Shown: piece by piece, positions 49,028 to 61,875 of the stretch
Position numbering within the stretch: position 1 is the stretch's first letter
Layout of the letters: each line of letters opens with the position of its first letter
Source: Gonapodya sp. JEL0774
Lineage: Eukaryota
NCBI GenBank assembly: GCA_027604505.1
Contig: JADIIX010000075.1
Coordinates: 1-64,000 of the forward strand
Length of the DNA stretch: 64,000 bases
Reading direction: 5' to 3'
Made by a program: the position numbers and the translations under genes
The notes under the pieces: model-generated
Seen by the model: the letters and a program-made list of their open reading frames with translations, nothing else
Database searches by the model: none
What the model was told of the DNA's origin: nothing

Positions 49028-51840
49028 TCAATTTATGGACAATCCACTAGTCATCTCCGCCACCCTGGCGAGAGCTATGTCCACCATCTCCTCTGATCCA
49101 CTCAATTGTTCAAGGCCTGCCCCCAGCATTCCATCCGCTTCAAACAACTCCGGGCCGCCGATTGCTGCCGCTTCACAGTTGGTGTTGGGTTTGTCAGAGG
49201 GAGCGAGAGATGGTGGGAGTTCGCGGCGTCCACTGGCTGCAGCAGCGAGGTGCAGAAAGATTTCCGACTGTCGCTCAGCCACCCACGTGAGCAATCGGTC
49301 TGAATTCACAGGATCCTGAATTATTGCAGTGTGCAGGCGTTCGATGAGATGGGCAGCGCCTGTGACCGTAATTGCTGATTAAGTGAGAAGAAAACAGTTC
49401 TCGCTTTGATCATTCTTACCAAGTCCACGGTTCCATGTGCGCCCGAGGGCACGCAATGCTCGGATGGCAGTTGCAATCTGAAGCCTCGTCTGCATGATGA
49501 ACTCCATGGCTACTCTGCGATGCCCGAGGGGAGAGTTTTCCGCACCAGAAGTGTCATCGAGACTGTTGAGATTTGATGCTTTTGCTGAGCTTGTACTTCT
49601 CAGAACCTCTTGAATGGCGAATAGAATGGTGATCGTGCTCATTCCGACTGATCGAGATTTCGGTGGGAAACAAATGGTGGGTTGACACCGTCAGCTCAGA
49701 ACAAAACAGACGATCAAACTTACGACTGAAACCCCAGGCACCAGATGCGTAGTGAGCCAGCAACCCATCCCCGTGAATCTCCATGAACACGTGCAGTGCT
49801 GTTAACCCATCTCTACTACGGTCCAGGCATGTAACAAATGCGGGACTCCCCATCCACGCGGCAATGAAAGATTTTGGGTTCGTCCCTTCAGGATTTCCGA
49901 GCTCCGCAGTGCTCCCAGTTACGCCGAATGTTCCATTACTTCCGCCGCCTCTGTTCACGTTGAGTGGAGCCAGTGGAGCGTTCCAGTACGCACTCAAGAA
50001 GTGATACTGAATAAAAAGCATAAGCGCCCATGGGAGAGCCGCGATGTCTGGATGTGGAAGTTGAGGTTGGCTTCCATTCGCGTTGGTCGTAGGTGTTCCC
50101 GGTTGTGGAACGTTCAGCGAAGCATGAAAGCGGGAATACCATGTCGCCGTGGCATCTAAGGCCTCACTGTTAAGCGTAACCGCCTTTCGCAGAGAGAGTG
50201 GAAGTGGTCGGCCGGCAAACCAAGCGGGAGAAGGGGTGGAGAATATACCTCGACGAGAGCAGTGTTGTCGCTGAACCAGAAAAGGACACAGCACCAACAT
50301 TGAAAGGAGTGTGTTTTCCGATAACTTAACCCGATCACACACACAAATTCCAGAATTTTCCCCATGCAGAAAACTTCCAGCGCCGCAGCCAAAGCTTGTC
50401 TTCCAACTGGAAGGGCACGCGTCTGAGAAATAGGCCAAGTTTCCTCGTCGTAAAAATTTTCCAAAGTCGGACCTGGTATGGGCGATCCCGATGCCGAGAG
50501 CAAATGAACTGGGTAGTTAAGAGGGACTGAACCAGTATCTGTTTCTGGCGATTCACCAAACCAAAGAGAGTCGTGCGCGGGTCTCACGGAAACAAAGAAA
50601 CTTGTTTTCGGTTTTACTCAAAAGTTGCAGAAACAGAGAAGAACTCACAGGTGCAGCCCTGCAATTTCTTCGTAAGCAATTCCAGAAGGACAATTATGCC
50701 ATGCTGCAAGCATGCGATCGAATAGTCCAACAATCCACGCTGTACGGCGAGCTTCTTCCATGATAATCCAGGTCCAACTTGTTTGTGCATTATTGGTGTT
50801 ACAGATTCCTGTAACCCCACTCATAGAGCTAAGAGCCCGAAATCCTCCAACGGCTGCGGCGACAACTGCCGCAAACCACTCGAAACGCTCATCGTGAATA
50901 CACTGAGCTGCAAAGTGAAGAAGAGTTTGGATGGAGGGGAGAGATGCCGGCTGTGACAGGATAATCGGAATCAGGCGCCCGGCGTATGAGAACAGGGTAC
51001 GACGGACGCCCTTCTGAACAGCGCGCGAAGGATGGAAACCGCATGCAACTGTGAGCATACTACATACAGACAAAGCCAATTAACGCCTTGAATTGGCGTC
51101 GTCCGTCTCGTTAACACCTAGTGGTGGGCACTCGCCTAAACATAAGAGCTGGGTTCCTTGCGTGTCCTGTCGCATAGAACCGCCCCTGATGAACGCAGGT
51201 AAAATTTCGCGAGAATGTTCGAAAATAAAGCGCCAAGAGTTCATTGAATTGATCCACGTCGGGCAAGGGGGGTAAGTCGTCGAAGACGGAAACTTCCGAC
51301 GTGGGCCTAGTGACATGGAAAGGCGCCAGAGACGGAAAGTCGTCAACGAGGTGTAATCCATCCGATATATCTTGCGTGAACATCGCTTGTACCGCCGCTT
51401 GAGCGGCTTGCTCGTATGCAGAGCAGTTCGGGGTGGAGACAAATCGAAGCGCTAGCGTTGTTTGAGGATTTTGTAATGCAGGCGATCGAATAGCACTAGA
51501 CTTGACCATGGGCTCGATGTTTTCTTGGGCAGCGTCCGATGAATTGCCATTTCCTTGCGATAAACGATTTCGGTCCCCCTTCGACAATGCTGCTTTTATG
51601 GGTCGACCGACGCTGCGATTGGACACTTTGTGATGAGTTTCCGGACCAGCGATGATCTTTTTAGACTGTGATGGAAGTCCAAGCAGAGCTTCAAGACGTG
51701 CTATTCGTTCCACGGGCCTGCAAGAGTCGAGGTCGTTTGTACACGGTTCAGTTCCTGCTGAATCAACGTCGCGGGATAAGATACCTCTTAGCTTTCGAAG
51801 ATCGAGCCTTCGAATCATCGGGCAAAGGCTTTTCAGGCAT
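49028..51840 (-). CDS. Fungal_trans-domain transcription-factor-like protein; no intact Zn2Cys6 cluster found
   Basis: 'ERIARLEALL', 'DDLPPLPD..NELLALYFRTFSRNFTCVHQGRF', 'SLPSIQTLL', 'WIIMEEARRTAWIVGLFDR'. The 5' end is uncertain. Confidence 0.7.
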
Positions 51841-52570
51841 TCTTCATCGTCGAAAATGCATGATTTAGTTTGAAAGTTGCGTTTCTATGAACCGGTTCGG
51901 CTCTCTATACGTCATTTACAAGGACCTGGCAAAACTTCAGTTTCAAAATATTTACGAATGCAGTTGCAGAGGCAAGCTCTATGATACACTTTAGTGGCGT
52001 AACTGCCCCTGTATCTCTTCCGGGCTCCATCCAGGCTCTCAAAAATGCCCTCATTGCGATTGCACTTCCCTCATTGATGGAGATGCTGGAAGTGGAGGGT
52101 CCTGATGAGACGTTGGAGCAATGAAATTGACGACGACGACGGAAGCTTGTTCCAGGATCTTGTTGAAGCCTGCTTTGGCTCAACGCAAAGAATGCCACAT
52201 TTGACTCGAATGCACGTAACCATGTTTGCAATGGGCAACTCGCAATAATAATTACATAAGTCACTAGAATTTAAGTGGAAAAGTAACCCCCTGAGCTACT
52301 TTTTTCTTGAGCACGCCTGACACGGATTTAAGACAATAACTTAAGTCGCGGCTTAATTTAACTTTGGAACCCACAAGTAATATACGATGTAAATTTCATG
52401 CACATGCAGCTTGGACTCTGCCAAACGCAATTTGAGCACGTTGAGGGAAGCTGAATCCACATAAAACAACTAACAAACATCTCCAACATCATGGCCATTT
52501 ACCAGGCCGGGTATCATATCAGACAATGTACATAACAGTGGTATGCTGCTGAAGCCCACGTCAGTGCAAC

Positions 52571-54202
52571 TTATCGTCCCCCCGTGCCCATCCTCCATTC
52601 TCCTAACTTCTCCTTGGCTGTCTCGCATTTTTTCCTCAGAATTTTGATTGCCTCCGTGAGGAGTACCGGAGCAGTTACCGCACCAGCAGACTCAACCGTG
52701 ACTGCGTGTCAGCAATGCACGTCCACAGGCGGGGTAAATTGGATGGGAGTTGGTCGAGTTGATCAAATCGAACGCACACCGCTCAGCCCCCACAACTTCC
52801 CTAACTCACAAATGAAATGATCTCTCATCCTCCCGAGTACCACCTTTTCCTCAAGTTCTGGATGCCTTAGGACTTCCCTGCTCACGGTATCTTTCCTTGG
52901 GTTCACCACTCTGGCTGTCCTCAATCCTGTCGCAGGATCCACGTAGACTTCCGCTACACCCTCGGGAAAACACGAGACAAACTTGTCGGCAAGATCGCCA
53001 GTGATGGGTTGAGTAATGGTGATGGAGGGAAGGAGGCGGTAGGAGGCAGTTGCTGCCGTCGATAGCAAATTAAGATTATACGGATGCAAGTAAAAGGGTG
53101 ACGCCAAGGCAGAAGAACGAGAAAAGCGATGATTCTTCTACTACGTACCTACAGGGGAATATTTCGCGTGATCCTTCCCTTGTCCCTTTTCCGCGTGGCA
53201 CTCGAGCTGAATCATCTGACCCGGTCTCATCTTCACCAACAAAATATCGTCATGGACCATACCAACCCCATTTTCTCCCAATTCTCGAGCTTGGTCTCCT
53301 TGAGGCTCCCATTTCAGTTGGCTGCTATAGACGGAGGAGTTGACGTAGAGATCTTCGGGAACCACTGCATCTTTGGGAGGATTCGACGCCGCGGTACATT
53401 TTACATTGAGACGGAAAACGAGGGTATTTTGGTCGGATGGGATGTCTCCGGGAACTGGTTGCGCAGCATCATGTGAGGGAATGGAATAACAACGCATTCT
53501 GTTGGTGAATTAGCAAATGCCCGATATCCCGTGTCCGCTTCAGTGACTTGAAGACCGACACCAAGAATTGCGGTGACAACTTCAGAATTTCCGTATTGTG
53601 ATACCTGAACGTCGAACGTTTCGAATCAAATGTGGTTGACAATTCTCCTAGACCGCAAGAAGCGTTAACGTCCAGCCAAGACCAGTTGTCCATCGTCGTT
53701 AGTAGTTATGCTAGTCACAGAACATCTTCCAAATCTCAAGAAAATTGGCTCTTTTGGGGCCTATTCATCTTGCCCACAGACTTCCGACATCCGGTGCACC
53801 GTCAAACGAACCTTTATAGTGAAATTTCGCCGGATTCGCCCTAATCGGTAGCATTCCCAATCGTTGCGCCAGAATCTCGTCATGCATTATGCTAGTATTG
53901 TTGCTGATGAACACTTGTTCGATCGCCATTGTGGGAACCTCAGCGATCATGATTCTTCGAAAAGCGTTCGCGAATGCGGCGTCAATGCCGACCATGTCAA
54001 ACTCCATCGTCATTTGGTCGGGTGAGATGTACGTTATCTCGAAGTGGAATCCCTCCTTGAAGGCATCCAGAGACCAAGAAAGATCCTCCCCCGCGTAAGA
54101 TCCAGGGAATTCGGTTGAGCTGACGTTGGAAACATGTGTGCGGGAAACCAGGACGTTTTTCCTAAGGAAAGACGCACGTTGCTCGGAGGGGAGGTGGTTC
54201 AT
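52571..54202 (-). CDS. RPC40: RNA polymerase I/III shared subunit AC40 (RPAC1)
   Basis: '[29 protein letters not shown]', '[20 protein letters not shown]', '[11 protein letters not shown]', '[12 protein letters not shown]', 'TASYRLLP', '[12 protein letters not shown]', 'RDHFIF'. Confidence 0.97.
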
Positions 54203-54370
54203 ATTTGAATTCGAGATGGGAGAGGGAAAGGTGAAGATCGGAGCTCAAAATGACCGTCTGCACAGAAGAAAATATCGCACTTCCACTTTCGGCACTTTCC
54301 ACTCCGCAAACAAACTGTTCTATTTGTATTGTATATGTATGTCTAAGATATCTTTCTTTGCCTTGTTCTT

Positions 54371-56237
54371 CTACTTACCACATTCTTTAGTCCATGCTGC
54401 GTCGGTTATCCGCACCCCTTTAACACCCTCCAAAAAGGCTTCGAGAGTACACGTCGCCGGATCCGACGGATGGTGCTGAGGAGGAGCGGCACAGTATGGT
54501 AAGTTGAGCGGTCGCTTGTTGTGGAGCAGACGGACATAGTGGCGGGGTGTTGGGGTCTGGAAAAATGCAGACATCCAAGACGGGGACTGGCTGGTGGTTT
54601 GATTCGTCTCTTCAAAAAGCTCCAACACAATCTGCAGCGAGCGGAATAGTTGTGGTGCGACACTTGTTCAGTCAAGACATCATTACACGCTCACATGGTT
54701 TGCAAATTCTGGCCATTTGCCATCCCACGCCTTGAGAGCAAATAACAGCGGTCCAAGAGTCCTGCACAACGAAATGGGACGAAACATAGTCAAAATTGTA
54801 TTCCTTTAAGTCTTCGCTTTAGTATCCACTGCCTCCGAGTACTCACGTGTCGTGCCCACTCCACACAGCGAGTTTCGCGGACTCCCTGCCGGTTGCTGCA
54901 GTGTTCTTGACCTTTCGCTCCATCCGTCCCGCAATTCGATCGATCAAGCGACCCATCGCCAAACGCTGTACTTGTTCGGAAAATCCAAATGGCTGACACA
55001 CATAATAATCATTTGGTCACATGCGTTGACGAAACCCGGATCGGACCTGCACCAAAAGAGCTACCGCACCTCGTAGAACATTTGCGCATACTCATCTCCG
55101 AGTGCTTTTGTCGACTTCTCCGTCATGCCGGCCAATGGCCCGGCACCCTCCGCGAGCATACACGTCGACACGTCATAAGCGTCCAAATGTGAAATGGGTT
55201 TCACCCCATCGTATGCGATAGGAGAACCCTGAGGCAGGAACATGGGATACTGTCGTTCGATTTCACGGAGGCGGGGGGAGACGCGGGGTAGTTGGGCGGC
55301 TTTGAAGTCTTCCACGAGATTATTAAGGAGACTGCAGTTAGTGGTGTTGGGATAGTGGAATTCCGAAGTGTGGGGTCGTATGTGAAGGCGAAAGTTTGCA
55401 TTGGGACTTCGATGGGCAGAAGGATAGAGGCCGGCAATCTGTCCTTGATGGGATGTTGGCAAGACGAATAGGTCGGTGGGGTGTGGGCAAGACGAATGTG
55501 TCACTAACGTCAAAATGTGTGGACTCGCAACGTCGCTATGCTCTTGATCTGCTTTGCTTACAAGATACTGCGCAGATTCAATTGTCCTCGCAATGTCTGA
55601 GCTGGCCACGTGCAGGATATGGGGGTCCTCAAACTTCTCCGGGAGGAAACCGAGTCGTGTCACATATACATCACGCAAGTATCTGCCGACGGAGAGGAGC
55701 TGCCGCTTCCCTGTGTCCGTAAGTTGACCCAAGTCACTAATGGAGGTGAAGGAGCGATGTTATGGTAGGGAAAAGGGAGGAATATGGGGGTCAATCAATA
55801 CCATTCGCCCTGATTCCTCTCCTTGGTCAAGTGTTTGAATCCATCCGAACTTTCATGTCCCGACTCGTGAAACTCCGCACCCTGCTCGCTGTATACCGTG
55901 TGTACCGGCATGGGCTGCTCGTGCCGTGGAAAGAGCATCGACGGAGGCGCTGGAAAACGGTCCTTCAGCTCCTTCGAAAGTAACCGCTCGTGAAGTTGGG
56001 GTGAGAGAGCGCAAGATTGCAGAAAAATGCTGGAGGTAAACCATTTGTAGACGTCCGGAGTGATCGGGGTACGTGCTCCTGTAATGGCGATGGCGATTGG
56101 GAAGGTGAAGAGCGTTGGGCTTGCAGGGAGGTCACGGAGAATGATTTCTCACCATGCCTGTGAACAATTTGTACCAACTTCAATCTCAAGCTGGGATCAT
56201 AGCTTACAGTTGAAGATGGAGAGCTGCTTGCGCTCAT
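54371..56237 (-). CDS. Histidine acid phosphatase (branch 2; ACP6-like)
   Basis: 'LKLVQIVHRHG|ARTP' (RHGxRxP), 'GQLTDTGKRQLLSVGRYLRDVYV', 'SSDIARTIESAQYL', 'WSGHDT', 'MLELFE', 'YVRLLHN', C-terminal 'WTKEC'. Confidence 0.9.
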
Positions 56238-56910
56238 CTGTGTGTGGTAGGAATAGAGAGATGGACGAGTGCCGAGGAGTTCACACATATTGGTTGGCAA
56301 ATCAAACCCCTTTCTCTCAAATTTCGCGTATTTTTCTCCCTGACTGGGAACCAAACTGGGTCCCTACATGGATCTCCGTGAACACAATACTCGTTCGACT
56401 CCAGCCCCCTTTCTCCACTCGGGATATACGCCTGTTTCCGCACCCTCCCCCATGTTCCCTCTCCCCACTGCGTAGCGTTGGATTGCTGGTTGCCAACTCA
56501 AGTAGCACCGGACTTCTCAGCCGGGCCTGCAGTCTGGATTGTCTTTGATCCTGTCCCGGACTCGCAAACGAGATTTACGTAGGTTCATACGGTGTCGCAC
56601 GCCCCCGAGACAACTCAACACCATGGACGACAAACCTGCACTGGAGATTTCTAAGACGGTGCCGCATGTTTTGTGAAATTTACGAATGGAGAAAATTCTT
56701 TCCTGGCTCATAGAGAGTAACTAGCAGCTTGAGCGCCGCGTACGTGAAGTGGACCAAGCCCATCGAACCGGTACTTGGTGAAAACGGTCAGATAGGACAT
56801 TATTTGTATTAGTTGTGTGAGACCCTCTAGTGCCCAGCCCGCCGGTCCGGCAACCGCGTGAGCTGTGTGTGGGACACGTAATCCCTCAGAAAATCTCAAG
56901 ATCTGGAGTC

Positions 56911-58250
56911 ATGACGAACCAATCAACACCCCGCGCTATATCGCCTGCACCGTCTTCGAATCTGCTTGATCCCCGAACAGTCGCTCAGAATCTGGATCGC
57001 ATTATTGCCATGCCATACCGACTCCTTCCAAAGGAAGTCCTCCCCCCAGTTTTGCAGCCCGACTCGCCAAGCTACGTCATACCGAGCACTGAAAAGGTTT
57101 GGGAAACGGTTGATGAAGGATGGAGGCGAGCGGGTCAGCTCACCGGGTGGACCTCATCAACGGCAGACAAGCACCAACACTCAAGTGCCAACACTGAGAT
57201 AGGTACAAGGAGAGCAATAACAAGAGACAGAATCCCAAATTTTGTCGAGTCATCTGATGCATGGGCTTCCCGCTTACCTCTACCAGCTCACAGCGATGAC
57301 GAGGTGTTAATGGTGTCCACTGCCGTTGCCTCGGACGATCTCTCCAACTACTTTGAGCAACCCACATCTGCAACCGGGGTAATGTCCCCATCAAGATCTA
57401 TCCACGACTGTATGCCTGGCACGACTCACGAAGCAATATCGTCAGCGGCTGGACAGTGTGTTTTCCCTCAAGCGAAGAAAAACGGAGAACCCACAGACGA
57501 ACAAATCTCCTCCGAGAGGACTGGAGATCACGTCGATGGACTGCAAAAAGACCGAGGCACACTTACAAATCGCATATCTCCGCTATCTAAAACCTCTGGC
57601 AACCCACATCCAGCTCCAAACACGTTCAATGCTCGCCCAAACCTACACCGCCGCTCCCTCTCAGATCCAACAGAGTCCGCCGTAGCGCAATCGCCTCAGA
57701 CATCTCAAACTCCACTTCAAAGTGAAAGCACCGCTCGATACACCGTCTCCCAGCCAACAATCTGGTCAGGGACTTTTTTCCCAACACCAGCTCGCGCCGT
57801 GGCCTCAGTCGGTTCCAATATACGCTCGCTGCTTCCTGGTCCTCTGCGCACTGCAGCGTCCGCTTGGGCCTCCACGTCGATCGGTCTCGGTCTCGTTCCT
57901 CCCTGGATCGCGCCTTTTGTGGAAGCGATCGGAGGGGGAGAAGAGGACTTACATGTGATGGGCACAGTAGAGGGACTTGCGAGCACTGGTGGGGGTGAGG
58001 GGAACAGAAAAGTCGCCATCATCAGTCAGTACGTACCAGATATGGAGTGGGTCAGAGCGCACAGAGGCAGAACTTCACTCGCTTTCGCAATGGCTATTGC
58101 ATGCATGTTTGCAATCATTCTCGGATGTCTGATCATGGTGGGTCCTTGTGCATGTGCTATAGAAGGGATGAAGCATTCATTGAATTCTTCTCCCTCAACT
58201 AGATCGTCGGTCTCATGGGCATCGTTGGAGTGTGGATTGTCCTCTTGTGA
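56911..58250 (+). CDS. Hypothetical protein with a long C-terminal hydrophobic (membrane) segment
   Basis: Long S/P-rich ORF. An intron at 58138-58202 gives the end 'SLAFAMAIACMFAIILGCLIM|IVGLMGIVGVWIVLL*'. Confidence 0.6.
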
Positions 58251-58366
58251 TAAACATGATTGGCTTGATGAATTCGCATGTTATAAATGCGTCAATAAAC
58301 GTTTGATTTGTACGAGCACATTGCTATATCGCATAATCTCAATCGCCACGCCATAATTACCGACTA

Positions 58367-61300
58367 TTAGAGACGAGCTTTTCCGCCATCCATGGTGGCT
58401 CTATCAGCTGGTGTAAATGGGATGTAAATGTCGCTTGGAATGTAACACATTGAAGCCGTTGAGATACGACTCTCGTGATCCTTGCAAACATGGAACATAC
58501 CGGTTTGGGGGCATCCAGTAATCCGCGACCGCGTATCCTTCCTTCTGGTACTCCACCTTCCGGTGTTTCATCGACGCCGTGAGCTCAATGCCCGGAGTCA
58601 AGCGTATGAAAACGGGAACAGCATCTATTGTCCAACCACGTGTGAGCAACGCTTGTTGTTGACGATGAAGTCGTCAAAGCGAAGAATCTCACATCGAGGC
58701 ATTTTCTTTAAAGCGAACCGACCCAATTCCTCCATAAGAGCGCGCTCCTTTTCTTTGGAAATACCCTGATACGGGGGTAGGAACACAACGACAGCCATTC
58801 CTGCACGCCCAATGTGGTTTGGAACTGACGATGACCGCACACAGGCACGTCAGGAACATAAAAATGAAGCCCTCAACGGTGAGCGCACCTTGGACCCCAT
58901 ACACGTTCGCTTCTTGGATGGCGGGATGTTGACCGAAGAAGTTCCCGACTTCGAACGTACTGACGTTTTCAGATTTCCTGTGAGTACGAAATAAGTTCAG
59001 GGTCTTCTTCACTGATGAAACGTGAACTTTAACACACCATCGAAAAGCTTAAAATGCAACATAAAGGCAAGGTCCAAAAAGAAGTCATAAAAAAGAATTA
59101 AAACGCGCAGCATGGGAAGCACAAGTGCTACTCACTGTCGCCCATTCGATCCACAAAGTAGTACCAGAAGTCCTTGTCATGCATGACAAGATCTCCTGTA
59201 CGATTTGAGACATTCCTGTCAAGGAAAATTGTATGCTGGGATCATTGAACGATTGGAGAACTTACCCATACGCCAGTATTCGTCGCCCTTTTTAAAAACA
59301 TTCCTTATTATCTTTTTCTGTGTGATAAACAAGAACACTCGTTTGAATATTGATGCAACTGTATCATAAACGGGAGGGCCTAGCGACCAGCCATGCCTGA
59401 CGCTCACTTACCTCGGTTGCTTTAGAGTTATTCCGGTATTCGAAGAGTCCCGGAACCCACTGAATTCCGGAACATAATCCTCAAGTATTATTTGACGCAA
59501 CACAAGTATCACTCGTACTCACAGGTCCAATGCATTCTCCGGGCTCTCCCGCTTTAGCGAGCACACAAAACCCATCCGCTCCCCTCAGCGGTTCCTCTGT
59601 CGCCTCTTCCACCTTAATGAGGTACGGTCCACCTAGCAACTTCGTGACTATGGGCCCTCTCCTTCCCACTGCCCCTACACCTTCCACGCCTCCCGTGTAG
59701 TGATTTACCATGCCCGATGTTCCGTCCGACGCGGCGTACAGTTCGCAGATCTCCTCGAGACCAAACCTGTCGTAGAATTGCTTGAACACATCAGCGCGCA
59801 TGCCATTGCCGCAAATCCTTCGAACTTTGTGGGCCTTATCATATGGACCTGGTGGTTGGGCGAGTAAGTACTGTGGGGAAGAGCAGCCGAGTCGTCCGCA
59901 AGTGAGTAACGAGTGTGAAACAGCTCATGCACTTACACGTGCCACTTCCCCAACTTCTCAAGATCAACGTCGGAAGAAACAAACACAGGGCACAAGTTAC
60001 AAAGCATCCACAACTTCTTTTCAATTTGCACACAAGATTCACCATAGTAAAACGTTGTAACGTTGTGATCCACACACTGTTTCCAGAACTTGCTTGCACT
60101 AAACTTGCGAATAGGAACAAACGATGCGCCTCGGGCGAGACCAGTCTGGTTTAGGGAGGGGAGGGGACAAGCGATGACGACGATGAGATTATTGATGGGA
60201 TACCCAGAATCGGGGCCCGCCCACTCATTCCACAAGTTCTTCGGATGCTTACCACCAAGCTCAAAAAACAGGTAGCATGGCTCAGCGGCAGCATTCCGAT
60301 CACTATGTCATTCTCCAGAGGGGAGCGGAATGACAATGCTCCAGTCCCAGCCAGGAACATCATCAGACGGCGATGGGAGGAGATGGCGGCTTTTGGGAGG
60401 CCGGTGGTCTGTGGAATATTTCAGGTGAACGAGAGGAACGTGTGATTGCAGTGAGGTCACGACTGAGTGAATTGAGTTGTCGACTAGCTGAATATCAATG
60501 CAAATCGACTCACGCCGCTGTGAGTAAAAGAAGGAGAGAAAGGTCGGAGGGCACGAGTCGCCTGACAGTAAACTTGTCAGCTCACCTCGTAAACATGACA
60601 TAACAATTATCGTCGATGTTCGTCTCCCACACAATTTTGTCTATCCTCTCTGGTGCATCTCGATTCTTCGTTCCCTCCAGCAGATATCCCTCTGTCACAA
60701 CCCAATCCGCCGTCTCTGCAACCCCTTGCCTCTCTGACGCCAACTTTCCTCGCCCATCAGCCCTCCAGCCTCCCCGTGCGATTTCCGCACCAGTTGCGAC
60801 GGGGAAGCCATTCTCCCATACGATGACTTGAACCCCCAGTTTTCGAATTTCGGGGAGCACCTCGCGCACGGCGTCGAGAAAATGCGGCTCGATAATGATA
60901 GCGTTGCTTGATGAGACACGGAGGCAGTGGATGAGGGCTTCGCCTCGAACGCCGGTGTTGAGCGGAGCCTATGGTTTGCGCGGAGGGGTAGTGGGCCAGA
61001 ATTCAAGATTAAAGTTCCAAGGTTTACAGTTGGAGCTGTATCGGAATAACGTACTGCGACAATGTGACTCATGAAGAGGCCCAAGTAGGAGAACACTATT
61101 TCAGGACAGTTGTCTGTTGATATAATAAGATGAGGATTGTGACATTGTTGGCACTTCATATTTCAAACAACCTACCAAAGATCATTGCGACTGTATCGCC
61201 TTGTTTGAGGCCCACCTGTTCAAATTTGATTTAACACCATAAGTGAGACGGCATTTTTGCTTTCCCGGTTGAACGCCAGCCACTCCCTGGTTTGAGCTCC

Positions 61301-61875
61301 TTGTGGGCACCAAAATGTACTCACTTCAGTGAGAAAGAAGTTCCCGAGAGCGCACGATACTCGTATAGTTTCCTTGTAAGACCATTCTTTAAAGTCTTCG
61401 GAGCGTATCGCAAGTTTGTCTGGGTGCCTGTGGAAAGATGGAAGATCGCAAGAGGGGGTGGGTACTCTGATCTTCGAGTCTGCTCGCCTCTATGAGAATT
61501 GCTGCTTCCCCTCTCACATTCTCGCTCTCTCCATAAACACACTCGCAACATTGCTTTTGCCCGGTACTGCTCGCTTATTGGCGAAGAAGAGCCCTGCTAG
61601 TGTCCGGCTGAGGTGGTAGCACAACCGAGGGATTTAATTTTGCGAGTGTGACACGCCTCTGCCATGGATAGCTTCGACATACTAGGCAATCCTGAAATCC
61701 TGTTCGATGCTGTATTTCGCATCGAGGTACTAGGGGTGTGGACAAAAATAGATATCCCGCCACGAATCCGCAGATTTGACGGCGCCGTCCTCACCATTGA
61801 GCCGGCAATGAACGAGGCGGCAGCGGCTCCAGCTACGCCAGTTGACGTGCTTGATGAAAGCTGGAAAGAAATCAT
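58367..61875 (-). CDS. FAT1: Fatty-acid transport protein / very-long-chain acyl-CoA synthetase, PTS1 ARL
   Basis: 'YVMFTS|G|TTGLPKAA', 'RKFSASKFW', 'YVGEVAR|YLL', 'GNGMRADV', 'ELYAASDG', 'RNVFKKGDEYWRMG', 'DRMGDT|FRW|KSENVST', 'VPNHIGRAGMA'; ends 'MDGGKARL*'. Confidence 0.95.
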
